Below, in pieces: positions 12,126-23,976 of a DNA stretch of 64,000 bases. The translations under genes and the position numbers were made by a program. A model generated the notes under the pieces. It was not told where the DNA came from. It was given only the letters and a program-made list of their open reading frames with translations, and ran no database searches. Source of the stretch: an uncultured Planctomycetaceae bacterium (GTDB taxonomy: Bacteria; Planctomycetota; Planctomycetia; Planctomycetales; Planctomycetaceae); assembly GCA_963813715.1 (NCBI GenBank), contig CAWFAK010000005.1, positions 1,216,001-1,280,000 on the forward strand. Direction: 5' to 3'. Each line of letters opens with the position of its first letter. Position 1 is the first letter of the stretch.

Positions 12126-13556
12126 TTACTTCCTCCTGACGTTTCTCGCACCGAACGGGTTGACGGTGCCTTCGCGGCCGGCCGCCGGCTGGTTCTCCCC
12201 AATGACGATTTCCGTCTCGGGGGTCAGCTGCTCCTTGATCACTTCGGCCACTTCCGTCATCAGACCGTCGGTCAGGCCCACGCGGACTTTGATCGGTCGG
12301 ACCCAGTCGCCGTCGGTTACCCAGACGGTTGCACGCGTGAGTCGCCCCTTGGTCGCATGCTCGGCCACTCCTTCCTCCGTGGTCGATCTTCGCTGGCCTT
12401 GCTCGTAAGCCGATCGATACTCGGGGGCCACCACGGCCAGCGTCGGCCGGTAGTGCAAGGCCGCGTTGGGAACCAAGAGCGCGTCGTTGCGTTCGTCGAC
12501 TTTGAATTGCAGATTTGCCGTCAGATAGGGGAGCAACTTGTCGCCGGCAGGAACTTCGCGCCGGTTGCGACTTCCCTGCGTTACGGGGACGGACGAATAG
12601 GGATCGAGCTTGCCGTCCGCGTTATCCACGTTGACGACGACGGTGTACGTGACGACGTTCTGCGTCATCGTGGCGTTGAGTCGAATCTGCCCGACGCTGC
12701 CGTGGAACACGTCGGCCGGATAAGCGTCGACCGTGAAAGTCGCTTGCTGTCCGGGGTAGATATTGCCGATGTCCGCCTCGTTGACCGAGACCCAAACCTG
12801 CAGTCGTCGCAAGTCCTTGGCGATGAGAAACAGGCTCGGAGCGTTCAAACTCGACACGACGGTCTGGCCGACATTGACCCGACGATCGACGATGACTCCC
12901 TTCACCGGAGATTTGATGGTGCAATAACCGAGATTCTTCTCGGCCTTGACCAGTGTGCCGCGAGATTTTTCAACGGCTCGCTTGGCTTTATCGAGGTCGG
13001 CCTGGGCGGCCGGCACGGAGGCCTTGGCCATTTCCCAGGCGTTCTGCGTCGAATCGAACTCGTTCTGCGAAATCGAGTTGCTTGCCTTGAGCCGCTGTGC
13101 CCGATCCCAGTCGCGCTCGCACTTGTGCAGGGCCGATTGCATCTGCACGAGTTCGCTCTCGGCATGCCGCACGTCGGCCTCGCAGACGCCCAGGTCGGCA
13201 CGGGCGATAGCCACCTCGGGGGCGTAGAGCGCGTCGTCGATGCGGGCCAGTACGGTCCCCTGCTCGACCGGCGAGCCATAATCGATGGTCCGCTTCGGAT
13301 CGACGGGATCCTGGCCGAACGAGGTGATTTGGCCGGCGACTTGGGCGCCGACGTCGATGACTTCTTCGGGCTCGATCGTGCCCGTGGCAATGATGGTGGC
13401 GACCAGGCTGCCCCGCGTCGGGTGGTCGGTGTGGAACAGCGGCTCGCTGGCGGTCGCGGTATACCACTGCCAGCCGGCTTGCATGCCGACTGCCAAGAGA
13501 ACCATGACGAAGGCGGCAACAATCAGGTTACGCGGAAGGCGAACGGCGCGGCTCAT
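12126..13556 (-). CDS. MacA/HlyD-type periplasmic adaptor subunit
   Basis: ATGTIEP, VGAQVAGQI, IKSPVKGVIVDRRVNVGQTV, VNEADIG; N-terminal TM. Confidence 0.93.
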   Translation of the reverse strand: MSRAVRLPRNLIVAAFVMVLLAVGMQAGWQWYTATASEPLFHTDHPTRGSLVATIIATGTIEPEEVIDVGAQVAGQITSFGQDPVDPKRTIDYGSPVEQGTVLARIDDALYAPEVAIARADLGVCEADVRHAESELVQMQSALHKCERDWDRAQRLKASNSISQNEFDSTQNAWEMAKASVPAAQADLDKAKRAVEKSRGTLVKAEKNLGYCTIKSPVKGVIVDRRVNVGQTVVSSLNAPSLFLIAKDLRRLQVWVSVNEADIGNIYPGQQATFTVDAYPADVFHGSVGQIRLNATMTQNVVTYTVVVNVDNADGKLDPYSSVPVTQGSRNRREVPAGDKLLPYLTANLQFKVDERNDALLVPNAALHYRPTLAVVAPEYRSAYEQGQRRSTTEEGVAEHATKGRLTRATVWVTDGDWVRPIKVRVGLTDGLMTEVAEVIKEQLTPETEIVIGENQPAAGREGTVNPFGARNVRRK

Positions 13557-13749
13557 AGAGTCGTGTTCTGGGCAGAGTACGAACCGGGGCAAGAGCGGTC
13601 AGTCGGACCGACAATTCGGAGGGATTCTGGCGGGAGGCAACTTGGCGGGACAACTTCATAGTAAAGCAAGACGCGTGAGGACGCAAGAACGGGGCCGCGC
13701 CATGCCCTGTCAAACGCCGTCGCCCGTCGCTCGGTCGTGAGCCAACTGT

Positions 13750-15512
13750 CTAGTTGCCCGAGGCAGTTGCGTTGAGAGGCGTGCGGGCAGCTTCGCGCGG
13801 CGCGGCGAACTTCGTTCGGCACGCCACCCAGTGCGGCGTTTGCGTCGCCGGCTCCAGCGCGGCGCGAATCGTCGGCTCGAGCTCTTCCCACGCATTGCGG
13901 CGGAAGACAAACAGCTCGGGTGTCGGAGCCTGCAGCTTCTGCACGAGAACCGGCAAGCCTTTATGGCGGAGGTGCTCAACGCGGCCGCCGAAAAACGCTT
14001 CTTGATAGAACTCGGCTGAGTATTCGTCCGTCAGCGGAAAGAAGACCTCGCGCCCCGCCGACTCAGGGAGTTGGGCGGCCGAGGCGAGGATCGCCTTAGT
14101 CGAGAATGCCTCGTTGACCGACGGCGCTGCGATGATCGTGAACATGGCAATCAGCAACGGACTGCCGAAACCGATTGCCGTCAGCAGTACGCGAGAGTCC
14201 GAGCGACGAATGCCGGCAAACAACAGCGCGGCGAAGAGTCCGACGGCGATCAGCGTCGCGACCAATGCCGGCGACGCGCCGAAGACGATCTGTCCCACGA
14301 GGGCGACGGCCAGCAATCCGCCCAATCCGGCCGCGAAGATTCGCAGGCCGCGCAAGAGCACAGCCGCTCGTTCCGATTCAGCCCAGCGGACCAAGAGCAC
14401 GGCCGTCGCCAGTGCCAGTCCCGGAAAGCCGGGGAGCATGTAAGTCACGAGAATCTGCCGGGCCAGCGTGAAGAACACGGCCGGCGTCAGGCCCCAGCAG
14501 AGCGCGAAGATCAGCCAGGCGTCGCGTGGGGGTCGATCCGCCTCGCGTCGCCGCCGCCAGGCATCGATGCCGCAGCGCACGAGCCAGGGCGACCAGGGGA
14601 GAAACGTGACCGCCAGCATGACCCAGCTCGCCCCATAAATCTGCGTGCGGCCGTTGCCGTAGAGATCGCCGTAGTCGGAGCGGACGTAGCGGAGGATGTG
14701 CTCGTTGACGATGAAGTACTGCAGAAAACCGGGAGTCGCTCTCTCGGCAAGCACGTACCAAGGGGCGGCAACGACGCTCGCGAGCACCGTCCCGCTCAGC
14801 CAGGGGAGCGCTCGTAGAAGCCGCCAATTTTTGGTCAGCGCGATCCAGGCTCCGAGCGAAAGTCCAACCAGCACGACGGCGACAGGCCCCTTCGCCAGGC
14901 AGCCAAACCCGAGCGCAAGAAAAAGGCGAGCCCCCACCACCGGCGACTCCGTTCACCGTTCCCGACGGCCTTGGCAAAGAGCGCGAAGCACATCAAGGCC
15001 CCGCTCACACTTGCGGAGAGGGCCATATCGAGCACACACGAACCGGCCAACACGAAGAACAAGCCAGACGAGGCCAGAATCAACCCAGCCAGTGCACCGA
15101 CGCGATTACCCCACAGGGCGCGGCCGAAGGCGATCGTACCGACGACCATCAGAACGGCGAACAAAAAGTTCGGCAGACGGGCCGCCCATTCCGACGGGCC
15201 GAACGCGCCGAATGATAACGCCGTCGTCCAGAAGAACAGGGGCGGCTTGGCCCAGAACGGAACCAGTTCGCCCGACATATAGAGCCGCGGCGTCACCCAA
15301 TCGCCCGAACGGCACATCTGCCAGCCGATCTCTGCGTAGCGGGCCTCGGTGTTGTCGGTGAGCGCAAACGTGCCGAGCGTCAGCAGGCGAAAGCCGGCGA
15401 TCAGCACAACGGCCGCCAGCATCGCGCCGACCGGGCTCGTCAGCCAGTGCACCAGGCGGCCGGCTGGATTCTGCGTGAGGCGATGAGAGTTGTCGAGCAG
15501 TTTCACAGCCAT
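13750..15512 (-). CDS. ArnT-like (GT83) polyprenyl-phosphate-sugar transferase (frameshift ~14915)
   Basis: DNTEARYAEIG, GDWVTPRL, KPPLFFW, EWAARLP, LAKGPV; many TM segments. Confidence 0.9.
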
Positions 15513-15537
15513 TCTTTCCTGCAGTCTCTTGTTCGCA

Positions 15538-15576
15538 GCGGCAGTCTCAGGTGGCGGTCTCAGGCGGCAGTCTCAG
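15538..15576. repeat. 13-bp tandem repeat x3
   Basis: GCGGCAGTCTCAG / GTGGCGGTCTCAG / GCGGCAGTCTCAG, plus a partial GCAGTCTC at 15521. Confidence 0.85.
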
Positions 15577-15607
15577 GTCGTGTTCCGCAGGATTTTCTTG
15601 TGAGCCA

Positions 15608-16664
15608 CTAAGCGGCCTGGGCCGCCGGCAGTGCGTGCGAGGGACTGAGCCGGCCCAGCGAGAGTCCGAACTGCTGCAACAGCTCCACCAGCAAGGGACT
15701 CGTCAACAGGCCCAGCTCTTGTGGACGCAGGTGTGCCAGCGGATCGTGCCAGCCGTCTGGATCTCGGCTGTTCCCCCAAGACGCCAAACTCGCGACCCGC
15801 ATCAGTTGCCGGGTGGACGCCGACTTCAATCAACCGACAGCTTCCCGCCGAATGCAAAAAGCCGCGCATAATTTCGAGATTGATCCGCCCCGCGTGGCTG
15901 GTGCCGAAGTAGACGTGAGGCACCGCGACCTCCCAACCGTTCGCTGCGTTTGCCAGACGGTCGGCGTAGTAACGCTTGACCCGCGCGACGCACCAATTCG
16001 CCGGGCGAAATTCGTGAAGCACGGTGCTCCGCAACAGGCCTCGCTCCCGCGCCAACCGGAGGGCCGGGATCTGGTGTCGCTCCAACAGTTCGCGGAGGGC
16101 CGGTCGCAAGCCGGGCAGCAGCTCGATGTATTGGTGGCCATTCAGGTGCGTGGGTCGCTGCCCGTGATCTCGGAGAAATTCGACTTGAGCTGCCAACTCG
16201 GCGAGCAAAGCAGGCTCGTAGGATCGCCGACGCCGGTAAAGCGTCGCGAACAGGCGGCCAATGCCCGGGAAACAACCCCGCGCATCGAGCAGTTCGGATG
16301 GGTAACTGCGTGTCAGGGGACGTCCCTGCGTCAGGTTTAAATGCACGCCCAATTCGAGAGGAGCGTGCGGCTCGTGCAAGTCCCGTCGCACAGCGGTCGA
16401 GGGAAGTCGGCCTGCCTCGACGATCGTCTGCAGACGTTGCCATTCGCGAATCGCGCGCGCTGCGTCGGGAGCGTTTGCCAAGAGCGAGGTGGCCGTGATC
16501 AGCCCGTGCTCGAAGCCGCGCATGATGCCGTCGGTGACCGCCCGGTTCATCCCGAAATCGTCTGCGTGAAAGACGATGCGGCCGCGGCACGGGACGCTGT
16601 GCGAGACAGAGGCACTGTGCGTGACAACTGTTTTCCAGCCGCGAAGCTGTTGCGCGGAACTCAT
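15608..16664 (-). CDS. YdjC/ChbG/HpnK family deacetylase (frameshift ~15790)
   Basis: HADDFG, GVHLNLTQGRP, PTHLNGHQYI, EVGVHP; C-terminus (...RPQELGLLTSP) in a second frame. Confidence 0.9.
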
Positions 16665-16823
16665 CGGCTTCCTTGCCCAGGAGTCGGTCGCGAACCCGAT
16701 TTTGGAGCGCCGGAGAAAAAGGGGCCGCGAGTGTAGTGGAAATCGGGCGGCTAGGGGATGCGAATCAAGTTGGAGAAATTGAGGGACACTGCGGAAGATC
16801 GCCGGGCAGGCAGGGCGGGACAC

Positions 16824-18692
16824 TTAAGTTTTTGGAGCAGCTGGAGTTAGTCGCTTCGTGCACTCTCGGGTTACGAGGCGGGAGGAGGAACAGGGGGGGG
16901 TACCTCGGTTCTGAGGTCCGGAGGTGACTCGCGCGGGGGGAAGCCCGGCGGTCAGTGTGACATCGGCCGCGGACTGAGCCAGCTCGTTGAGCAGGTCCAG
17001 ATAGGCTTTCTGTTCCTGCAGCAGGGCTGTCTGCGTGGCAAAGACGTTCAAGATGTCCGCCTGACCGGCGTCGAATTGGCGTTTGACGCGCGCCAGGTCT
17101 CCCGACAGCGACTGCACTAAATTGGAGTGTTCCTTTTCGGCCAGATTTCTCGCGCGCTGGTAGCGCTCGAGGGCCGTCTGCACTTCGACGCGCGCTCTCA
17201 TCCGCAGTGCATTGAGTCCAATGACTTTTTGGGCGCATTCGGCCTCGCGCTGGCGAGCCAGCGGCTTTCCGGAATCCCAAATCGGCAGGTTCATCTGCGC
17301 CGCGAACCCGAAGAACAGGGTTTCGAATTCGTCGCGTTCGTAATACGGACCAAACTGAATGTTTTGCACCGTGTTTGCCCGAGCAAGGTCCGCGTTTGAT
17401 TGGGCCACGTTGGTGCCAGCCTGGGCCGCACGCACGTCGGGCCGCTCGTCCGCAAAGGTCTCTGCAAGTTGGGCCGAGGATTGAACCTCGCCCGGTGCAG
17501 AGCCCGCTCCGTCAATCGGCAACCACTGAAAGTCTTCGAGGCGGCCCACCAGCTCGAACGGCCGATCGCCGACAAGGTTGAGTTGCCGTTCCAAGGCCAC
17601 CAGCGCAAGTTTGTAGTTCGCCTCGGCGAGAGCCACTTGCTTGTGGCTTTGCCGCAACGAAACGCGGGCGGTTGTGTCTTCCCCGGGTTTGGCGAGTCCC
17701 GATTTGAAGCGGCGCTCGACGTCGGCGGCCAACTCTTCGTTGAGGCTCGCCGCCCGCTGTGCGAGATCGCGGAGGTCTCGCTGATAAACCGCCGTAAAAA
17801 AGAGCTTTTCGGTCGTGGCCAAGGTGGTCAGTTCGGCGGCGATGACGCTCCAACGGATCTGGTTGAGCGCGGCGGCGGCGCTGGCCTCTCGATACCTCTG
17901 TTGGTGCGCGAGCTCGAGGGTCTGCAAAATGTAGACCGAGTTTCTAACGGCCAGCAAGTTGCCAGTGGGGTCGCGGGCGTAGGGGAGCACTTCGGCCTTG
18001 ATGGTTGGGTTGAACGGGTAATGTTCTGCGACGTCCAACATCGCTTGGGCAACGGGTTCGCCTGCGCGAAGGGTGACCAGAGTGTCATTGCGGTCCAAGG
18101 AAGTGGCGATCGCCGCGTCGAGCGACAGTTGAGGTCCGCCTGAGTCGACCGACGATCCCAATCCTCCCGGTCCGGACGGAGCACTCGCAATGGCGGCCCC
18201 CGGCCCGCTTGATGAATCGCCACCCCGACCAGAGAGGCCGGTCGACGGCGAATCGGGCGTTGGTGGCAACTTTGGCACGGTGGTCGCCACCGTGAAATCG
18301 GCAACGAAGTGGTTGGCGGCCGCCCCATCCGGTGCCGCAGACGAGTCTGGTACCGACGGCGCCGCCGCCACGCTCGGGGCGCCAGTAGCAGCCACCGGCG
18401 TGATTGGGCTGGGAGCGACCGGGGCTGGAACCGTCCCGAGCGCGGCCGGCAGTTCGCCACTCGTCGCTACGACGACTTGTGGAGCCTCGGGATCGGGGGC
18501 GTTAATGGCGGCCTGCAAAGTGTCGGTCGGCAACGGATCGACTCGGGGCGGCGAGCTTGCGTTCGCAGTGAAGCGGGTGCCGGCCCGCAGGTCGGCATTG
18601 GGGGGCGACGTTCCTGCGCTTTGACAGCCGGCCAACCCAGCCGCCAGAATTGCGATAAGAGGAAGGATCTCTCTCGCTGAGCAATTGCGCAT
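16824..18692 (-). CDS. TolC family outer-membrane efflux protein (lipoprotein-like signal, long Pro/Ala/Ser-rich linker)
   Basis: LAGC lipobox-like motif; ERPDVRAA, NLPIWD and FDAGQADILNV TolC-type patterns. The C-terminal end is uncertain. Confidence 0.85.
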   Translation of the reverse strand: MRNCSAREILPLIAILAAGLAGCQSAGTSPPNADLRAGTRFTANASSPPRVDPLPTDTLQAAINAPDPEAPQVVVATSGELPAALGTVPAPVAPSPITPVAATGAPSVAAAPSVPDSSAAPDGAAANHFVADFTVATTVPKLPPTPDSPSTGLSGRGGDSSSGPGAAIASAPSGPGGLGSSVDSGGPQLSLDAAIATSLDRNDTLVTLRAGEPVAQAMLDVAEHYPFNPTIKAEVLPYARDPTGNLLAVRNSVYILQTLELAHQQRYREASAAAALNQIRWSVIAAELTTLATTEKLFFTAVYQRDLRDLAQRAASLNEELAADVERRFKSGLAKPGEDTTARVSLRQSHKQVALAEANYKLALVALERQLNLVGDRPFELVGRLEDFQWLPIDGAGSAPGEVQSSAQLAETFADERPDVRAAQAGTNVAQSNADLARANTVQNIQFGPYYERDEFETLFFGFAAQMNLPIWDSGKPLARQREAECAQKVIGLNALRMRARVEVQTALERYQRARNLAEKEHSNLVQSLSGDLARVKRQFDAGQADILNVFATQTALLQEQKAYLDLLNELAQSAADVTLTAGLPPARVTSGPQNRGTPPCSSSRLVTRECTKRLTPAAPKT

Positions 18693-18981
18693 CGGTTCGC
18701 CTTCCCTGGAGATCCGACTCAGCACATCTCGCACGCACGCGATCATTTTCTGGACGCGCGGATGTGAGTTTGAACCGCTTTCAGCGGCTCCTTCGCGCGG
18801 CGGATCAGTCCTTTGCTTTGGCGCACGAACGGCTTAAACCCCCTCGATCCGGGGCGTCGTGCGCCAATCATCGGCGAGCGGCGGAACTTGATCTTGATGT
18901 GAAAGAAAACTCACCGGTTTTTCGCCCTCCGCCCGTCGGGATTGCGATATTCTGATTTGGTAAGGCATTCCTAATAAAGCA

Positions 18982-20750
18982 ATGAGACGCACAGTGACGA
19001 TAAGCGCCCGTTTTGCGATTCTGCTGGTCGGGATTCCGCTGGCATGCTTCGCGCCCGGCTGCGGAACGGCCTTTTGGAGTTCAGTTTCACAGCCAGGCGA
19101 GGCGGCCAAGCCCGCGGGCGTTACCCGGGCGGACGCCACCGCAAAGGGGGGCAAAGAGGAATCCGACCACGACAAAGCAAAGTCGACCAGCAAGGAGGAC
19201 GCCAAAGACGAACCGGCCCGCGATAAGAAGGACGACGATAAGAAAGGCGATGACCCAAAAGCGGACAACAAGAAAGACGAACCGCAGGAAGAGAAAATCC
19301 CCGGGCACGTCAACGTCCGCTGCGTGACGGCCCGACGCCTGCCGTTCGCAATCACCGTGGAAGGGCTCGGTCGGACGGAGCCGCTGCCGGAATGCGTTGG
19401 CTCGCTGACGGCAGCCGTCGAAGGACATGTGCACGAGTTGCTCGTGCGCATCGGAGACACCGTCAAGGCCCACCAGCCGATCCTGCAACTCGATCCCACG
19501 GTGGCCAAGGCCACCCTGGCGGAGAAGGAAGCCAACAAGGACAGCCTCGTCGCCGCGCAAACTGCTCGAGTCGCTGCCGCGCCCCGAGGAGCGGCGTGCC
19601 GCCGAGCTAGCCGTCGAGCAGGCGAAAATCTCGGTCGAGCACGACGAGTTGCAGGTCGAAAACCTGCGCAAGCTCCTGGCGACCAAAGACGTCTCGGAGA
19701 AGGTGCTCCACGACGAGGAAGTGCTGCTCAAGCAGGCCAAGGTCACGCTCCAGACGGCCGAGGCGCAGCTGAAACTGCTAATGACCGGCCCGCGTCCCGA
19801 AGCCGTCGCCGAGGCTCAAACGAAGATCGTCATGGCCGAGCAGGCCGTCGCCAGTTCGCAAGAATCGCTGGCGCTGCATACGCTGCGGGCCCCGATTGCC
19901 GGCGTCGTCGAATCGCTCAACTGTCATCCGGGTCAGACGCTGACGATCGGCACTCCCGTCGGTGAAGTAATCGATATCCGGCGGCTGTTCGTCACGATCT
20001 ATTTCCCCGCCCGCATCACGCGTTTGTTGCAGCCGGGGATGGTCGCCAAGGTCGATCTCTCCGACGGCAGCCATCCGGCCGCCGAAACGTCCGCAAAGGA
20101 GAGCGACAAAGACGCCAAAGAGAAGGAACCGGCCGCCAAAGAAAAAGAACCGGCGAGCAAGGAAAAGGAATCGTCCGCCAAGGAGAAGGAACCCGAGAAG
20201 GAATCGTCCAAGAAGGACAACGATGTCGTGAGCGGAAAGGTCGCCTTCATCGGCAACTCGGCCGATCCGCAGACTGGCAACTACGCCGTGCGGATTCTTG
20301 ATGGACAACGAGGGCGGGCGGCTGCGGCTGGGACAGGTCGTCAAAGCGACCATCGTGTTGCGAACCGAAGAGCCACAGCTGGCCGTTCCCGAGGCGGCAA
20401 TCTTCGATCAAGGCGAGGGGCCGCTGTTGGCCGTCGTCCGCGAAGGAAAGATCCGGCTCTTGCATCCTGAGCTAGGCGCCTCGGACGGGGGCAACGTGGC
20501 AGTGACCAAGACCGACCTCAAAGAGGGGGAGCCGGTCATCGTCGAGGGCGCCTACGGCATGGAAGACAATAAGGTCGAGGCCACAATCATCGCCGAGCCA
20601 AAATCGGCTGAATCCAAAGAGGGCGAAGCGAAAGAGGGCAAGGCTGAGGAAGCCAAAGACGCCAAGCCGGTCGAGCCCAAGGAGGCCAAGCCCGAAGAGA
20701 ACAAACCCGCCGACGAGAAAGAAAAGGCGAAAGGCGACGAGCGCAAGTGA
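18982..20750 (+). CDS. RND efflux periplasmic adaptor with K/E/D-rich insertions (frameshifts ~19557, ~20298)
   Basis: AAVEGHVHELLVRIGDTV, LRAPIAGVV, ADPQTGNY, LAVPEAAI across three frames; stop overlaps the next GTG. Confidence 0.87.
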
Positions 20751-23700
20751 CGGCCCCTCCTTTGGAATCGGTCCGGCCTCCTCGGACCGAAGCACATCTC
20801 GGTGACGGTCATCCGGAAGTGACGCGGCGCGGGTTGAACCTCGTCGCCGCCGCTCGTCCGTATTTCGGCCTGATCGTCTTGACCTCGGCATTGCTGAGCG
20901 TGCTGGGCGTGGTCGCCATGCTGCACATGCCCAGCGGCATCTACCCCGAGGTCGCCTTCCCGCGGATCACAGTCGTGGCGCAGACTCCCGGGCTGGCAGT
21001 CAAGGATGTCGAAATCTCGATCACGCGGCCGATCGAGGAGCAAGTCAGCATCGTGCTCGGCGTGATCCGCGTCCGCGCCAAATCGGTCCGCGGAGCGAGT
21101 GAACTTAGCGTCGACTTCGCGCCGGGCACCAACATGATCCAGGCGCTCAACGACGTCCGCGCGCGAATGGCCGAGCTGGGCTCGCAATTGCCGGCCGGCA
21201 CCAGCACGATCGTCGAGCGGCAGACGCCCTCGATCTTCCCGATCATTTCCTTCGTCATCACCGGTGCCAAAGATCCGTCGGCCCTCTACGACTACGCCTA
21301 CTACGACCTGCGCCCCCGTATCAGCCGCATTCCGAACGTCTCGTACGTGACGGTGCAAGGGGGCGACATCCGGGAGATCGTGGTCGAGGTCGATCCGCAG
21401 ACGCTGGTCGCCGCCAATTTGTCGATCGCCGACGTGGCCGACCGGCTGGGCCGGGAGCACCGGCTGAAGGCCGTCGGTCGGCTCGACCAGGGAATCTTGC
21501 AATACCAGGTGCTTGCCGACACGGTTGCCGACGCTCCGCTCGATCTGGAAAACGTGGTGATCGTCGAGAAGAACGGGCAGCCGCTGCGCGTCCGCGACCT
21601 GGGCCGCGTGATCGTGTCGCATGAAGATCGCACCAAGGCCATCCGCTCCGACGGCAAGAACGCTGTCGCGCTCACGGTCTTTCGCCAACCGGGCGGCAAC
21701 GCGCTGGCGATCTCGAGCGCGCTCAATACCGTGCTGGCTGACGCGAAGAAGTCGACCCCATCGGGCATCGAGATTACGCCGGTCTATGACCAGGGGAACC
21801 TGGTCCGCACGGCCGTGGCCAATGTCCGCGATGCGATCCTCTACGGCGCGCTGTTCAGCGTCATCATTCTCTTATTGTTTCTGAAGAGCATTCGCGCCAC
21901 GTTGATCGCGTCGCTGGCGATCCCCTTGAGTCTGTTGATCAGCTTCGTGGTCCTCTACCTGATGGGTGACACGCTCAATTTGATGTCGCTCGGCGGCCTG
22001 GCGATCGCCATCGGACTGATCATCGATGACACAGTCGTGGTCATCGAAAACATCTCGCGGCATCTCGCGGCAGGAGAAACGGGCGACACGGCGGTCGACA
22101 GCGCCAGCAAAGAGATCAGTGGCGCCGTGATCGGCTCAACCTTCACCACCATCCTCGTGTTCTTGCCCCTGGCCTTCGTGCACGGAGTGATCGGCCAATT
22201 CTTCCAGTCGTTGAGCCTGGCGCTGTCGGTCTCGCTCTTGGTGTCGATGGTCGTGAGCTTGACTATTATCCCCGTGCTGGCGTCCCGTTTCTTGGCGCAC
22301 CGCGCGATGCCGACCACCGGCCCGATTTACGCGGTCTTTGCCAACGGGTACGAGGGCTTGCTACGGGCCGGCCTGCGCTTCCCGCGATTCAGCGTGGTCC
22401 TGGCGCTGTTGATGGTGATTCCCGTCTGGTGGCTCTCGCAAAACGTCAAAACGGGATTCATGCCCGACATGGATGAAGGCGCCTTTGTCGTCGATTACTG
22501 GATGCCGGTGGGCACCTCGCTCAGCCAGACCGACAAGGTGGCCCGCCGCATCGAGGCCATCCTGCTAAAAAACGAGGCGGTGGCCGGGTACATCCGCCGC
22601 ACCGGGGCCGAGCTGGGCCTCTACGCGACCGAGCCCCATCGAGGCGACATTCTCGTGAGCCTCAAGCCGTCCGGCGAGCGCGAGAAGATGCAAGAAATCA
22701 TGGATGATATTGAAACAGAGATCAAAGGCTCGGTTCCCGAACTGGCGACTCTCGAGCTGGTGCCGCTCGTGCGCGACCAGATCAACGACCTCTCGGGCGT
22801 CGACAAACCGATCGAGATCAAGATCTTCGGACCCGATTTCAACCAAATCCGCGAGTTGGCCGAAAAGGCAGGTCAGATCGCGGAAAAAACGCCCGGCGTG
22901 GGAGAAGTCAAGTCGAACGTCGAATTGGGCAACCCCGACATCGTCGTCCGCACCAAAAGCGCCGAGGCCGCGCGGCTCGGTCTAACTCAAATGGACGTCG
23001 AGGCGCAGCTCAACGCGGCCCTCTACGGCCAGGTGGCGACCACGCTCCCCGAGCAGGACCGGATGACCAAGATCCGCGTCCGCTACCCCGACAAAGTGCG
23101 CTACGCCCGCAAGGACCTGGGTCAGCTGCCGATCAGTTACCTGGCCGCGACGCCCGCGACGACTCCCGCCTCAGCCGCGAATGCGGTCGCACCCGCTCCT
23201 GGCGTGCTCAATTTCGTGCCGCTGGAAGACCTAGCGACCATCGATCTCAAGCGCAGTGCCAACGAAAAGTGGCGCGAGAACCAGCAACCGGTGATCACTG
23301 TCCAAGGTGAACTCAAGGAAGGCGCCGACCTGGCGGGAGTTAACAAGGCGCTTGCCGCTCAGATGGCCGACATTTCATTTCCGCCGGGCTACCGCTGGGA
23401 GTTAGCCGGCACGTATCGGGCAACGCAGGAATCGTTCAGCAGCCTGCTGACGGTGATGGTTGTCGCCTCGGCGCTCGTGTTCTTGCTGCTCGGACTACAG
23501 TTCAAGAGCGTGATTCTGCCTCTCTTGATCTTCTTGGCCCAGCCGATTTCGCTCGCCGCCGCGCTCTTCGCGCTCTGGATTACCAACACGCCACTGAATG
23601 TCTCTTCCTTCATGGGCGCGATTCTGCTGATTGGCCTGGACGTCAAGAACGGCATCATCCTGATCGAGTACATCGGCCAATTGCGGGAAGGCGGAATGGA

Positions 23701-23971
23701 GCTGCACGAGGCTCTGCTGGTCGCCGGCCGCACGCGATTCCGTCCCATCTTGATGACTAGCCTGACGGCGATTTTCGGCCTCGTTCCGCTGGCACTGGGC
23801 CATGGGCCGGGCGCGCAGATGCAGCAGCCCCTGGCCATCGCGGTTATCGGCGGATTGACCGCGAACATGCTGGTGACGCGGCTCTTGATCCCGATCGGTT
23901 ATCAGGTCATCCAAGGCCGAATTGAGGAACCGTCCAAGCACGCCGGGCTCACCGCGCCGGCAACCGCCTGA
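20747..23971 (+). CDS. RND efflux permease (CusA/CzcA/AcrB family)
   Basis: 1074 aa; NLMSLGGLAIAIGLIIDDTVVVIENI, RFRPILMT, QPLAIAVIGGL. Confidence 0.96.
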   Translation: MTAPPLESVRPPRTEAHLGDGHPEVTRRGLNLVAAARPYFGLIVLTSALLSVLGVVAMLHMPSGIYPEVAFPRITVVAQTPGLAVKDVEISITRPIEEQVSIVLGVIRVRAKSVRGASELSVDFAPGTNMIQALNDVRARMAELGSQLPAGTSTIVERQTPSIFPIISFVITGAKDPSALYDYAYYDLRPRISRIPNVSYVTVQGGDIREIVVEVDPQTLVAANLSIADVADRLGREHRLKAVGRLDQGILQYQVLADTVADAPLDLENVVIVEKNGQPLRVRDLGRVIVSHEDRTKAIRSDGKNAVALTVFRQPGGNALAISSALNTVLADAKKSTPSGIEITPVYDQGNLVRTAVANVRDAILYGALFSVIILLLFLKSIRATLIASLAIPLSLLISFVVLYLMGDTLNLMSLGGLAIAIGLIIDDTVVVIENISRHLAAGETGDTAVDSASKEISGAVIGSTFTTILVFLPLAFVHGVIGQFFQSLSLALSVSLLVSMVVSLTIIPVLASRFLAHRAMPTTGPIYAVFANGYEGLLRAGLRFPRFSVVLALLMVIPVWWLSQNVKTGFMPDMDEGAFVVDYWMPVGTSLSQTDKVARRIEAILLKNEAVAGYIRRTGAELGLYATEPHRGDILVSLKPSGEREKMQEIMDDIETEIKGSVPELATLELVPLVRDQINDLSGVDKPIEIKIFGPDFNQIRELAEKAGQIAEKTPGVGEVKSNVELGNPDIVVRTKSAEAARLGLTQMDVEAQLNAALYGQVATTLPEQDRMTKIRVRYPDKVRYARKDLGQLPISYLAATPATTPASAANAVAPAPGVLNFVPLEDLATIDLKRSANEKWRENQQPVITVQGELKEGADLAGVNKALAAQMADISFPPGYRWELAGTYRATQESFSSLLTVMVVASALVFLLLGLQFKSVILPLLIFLAQPISLAAALFALWITNTPLNVSSFMGAILLIGLDVKNGIILIEYIGQLREGGMELHEALLVAGRTRFRPILMTSLTAIFGLVPLALGHGPGAQMQQPLAIAVIGGLTANMLVTRLLIPIGYQVIQGRIEEPSKHAGLTAPATA

Positions 23972-23976
23972 CGCAT

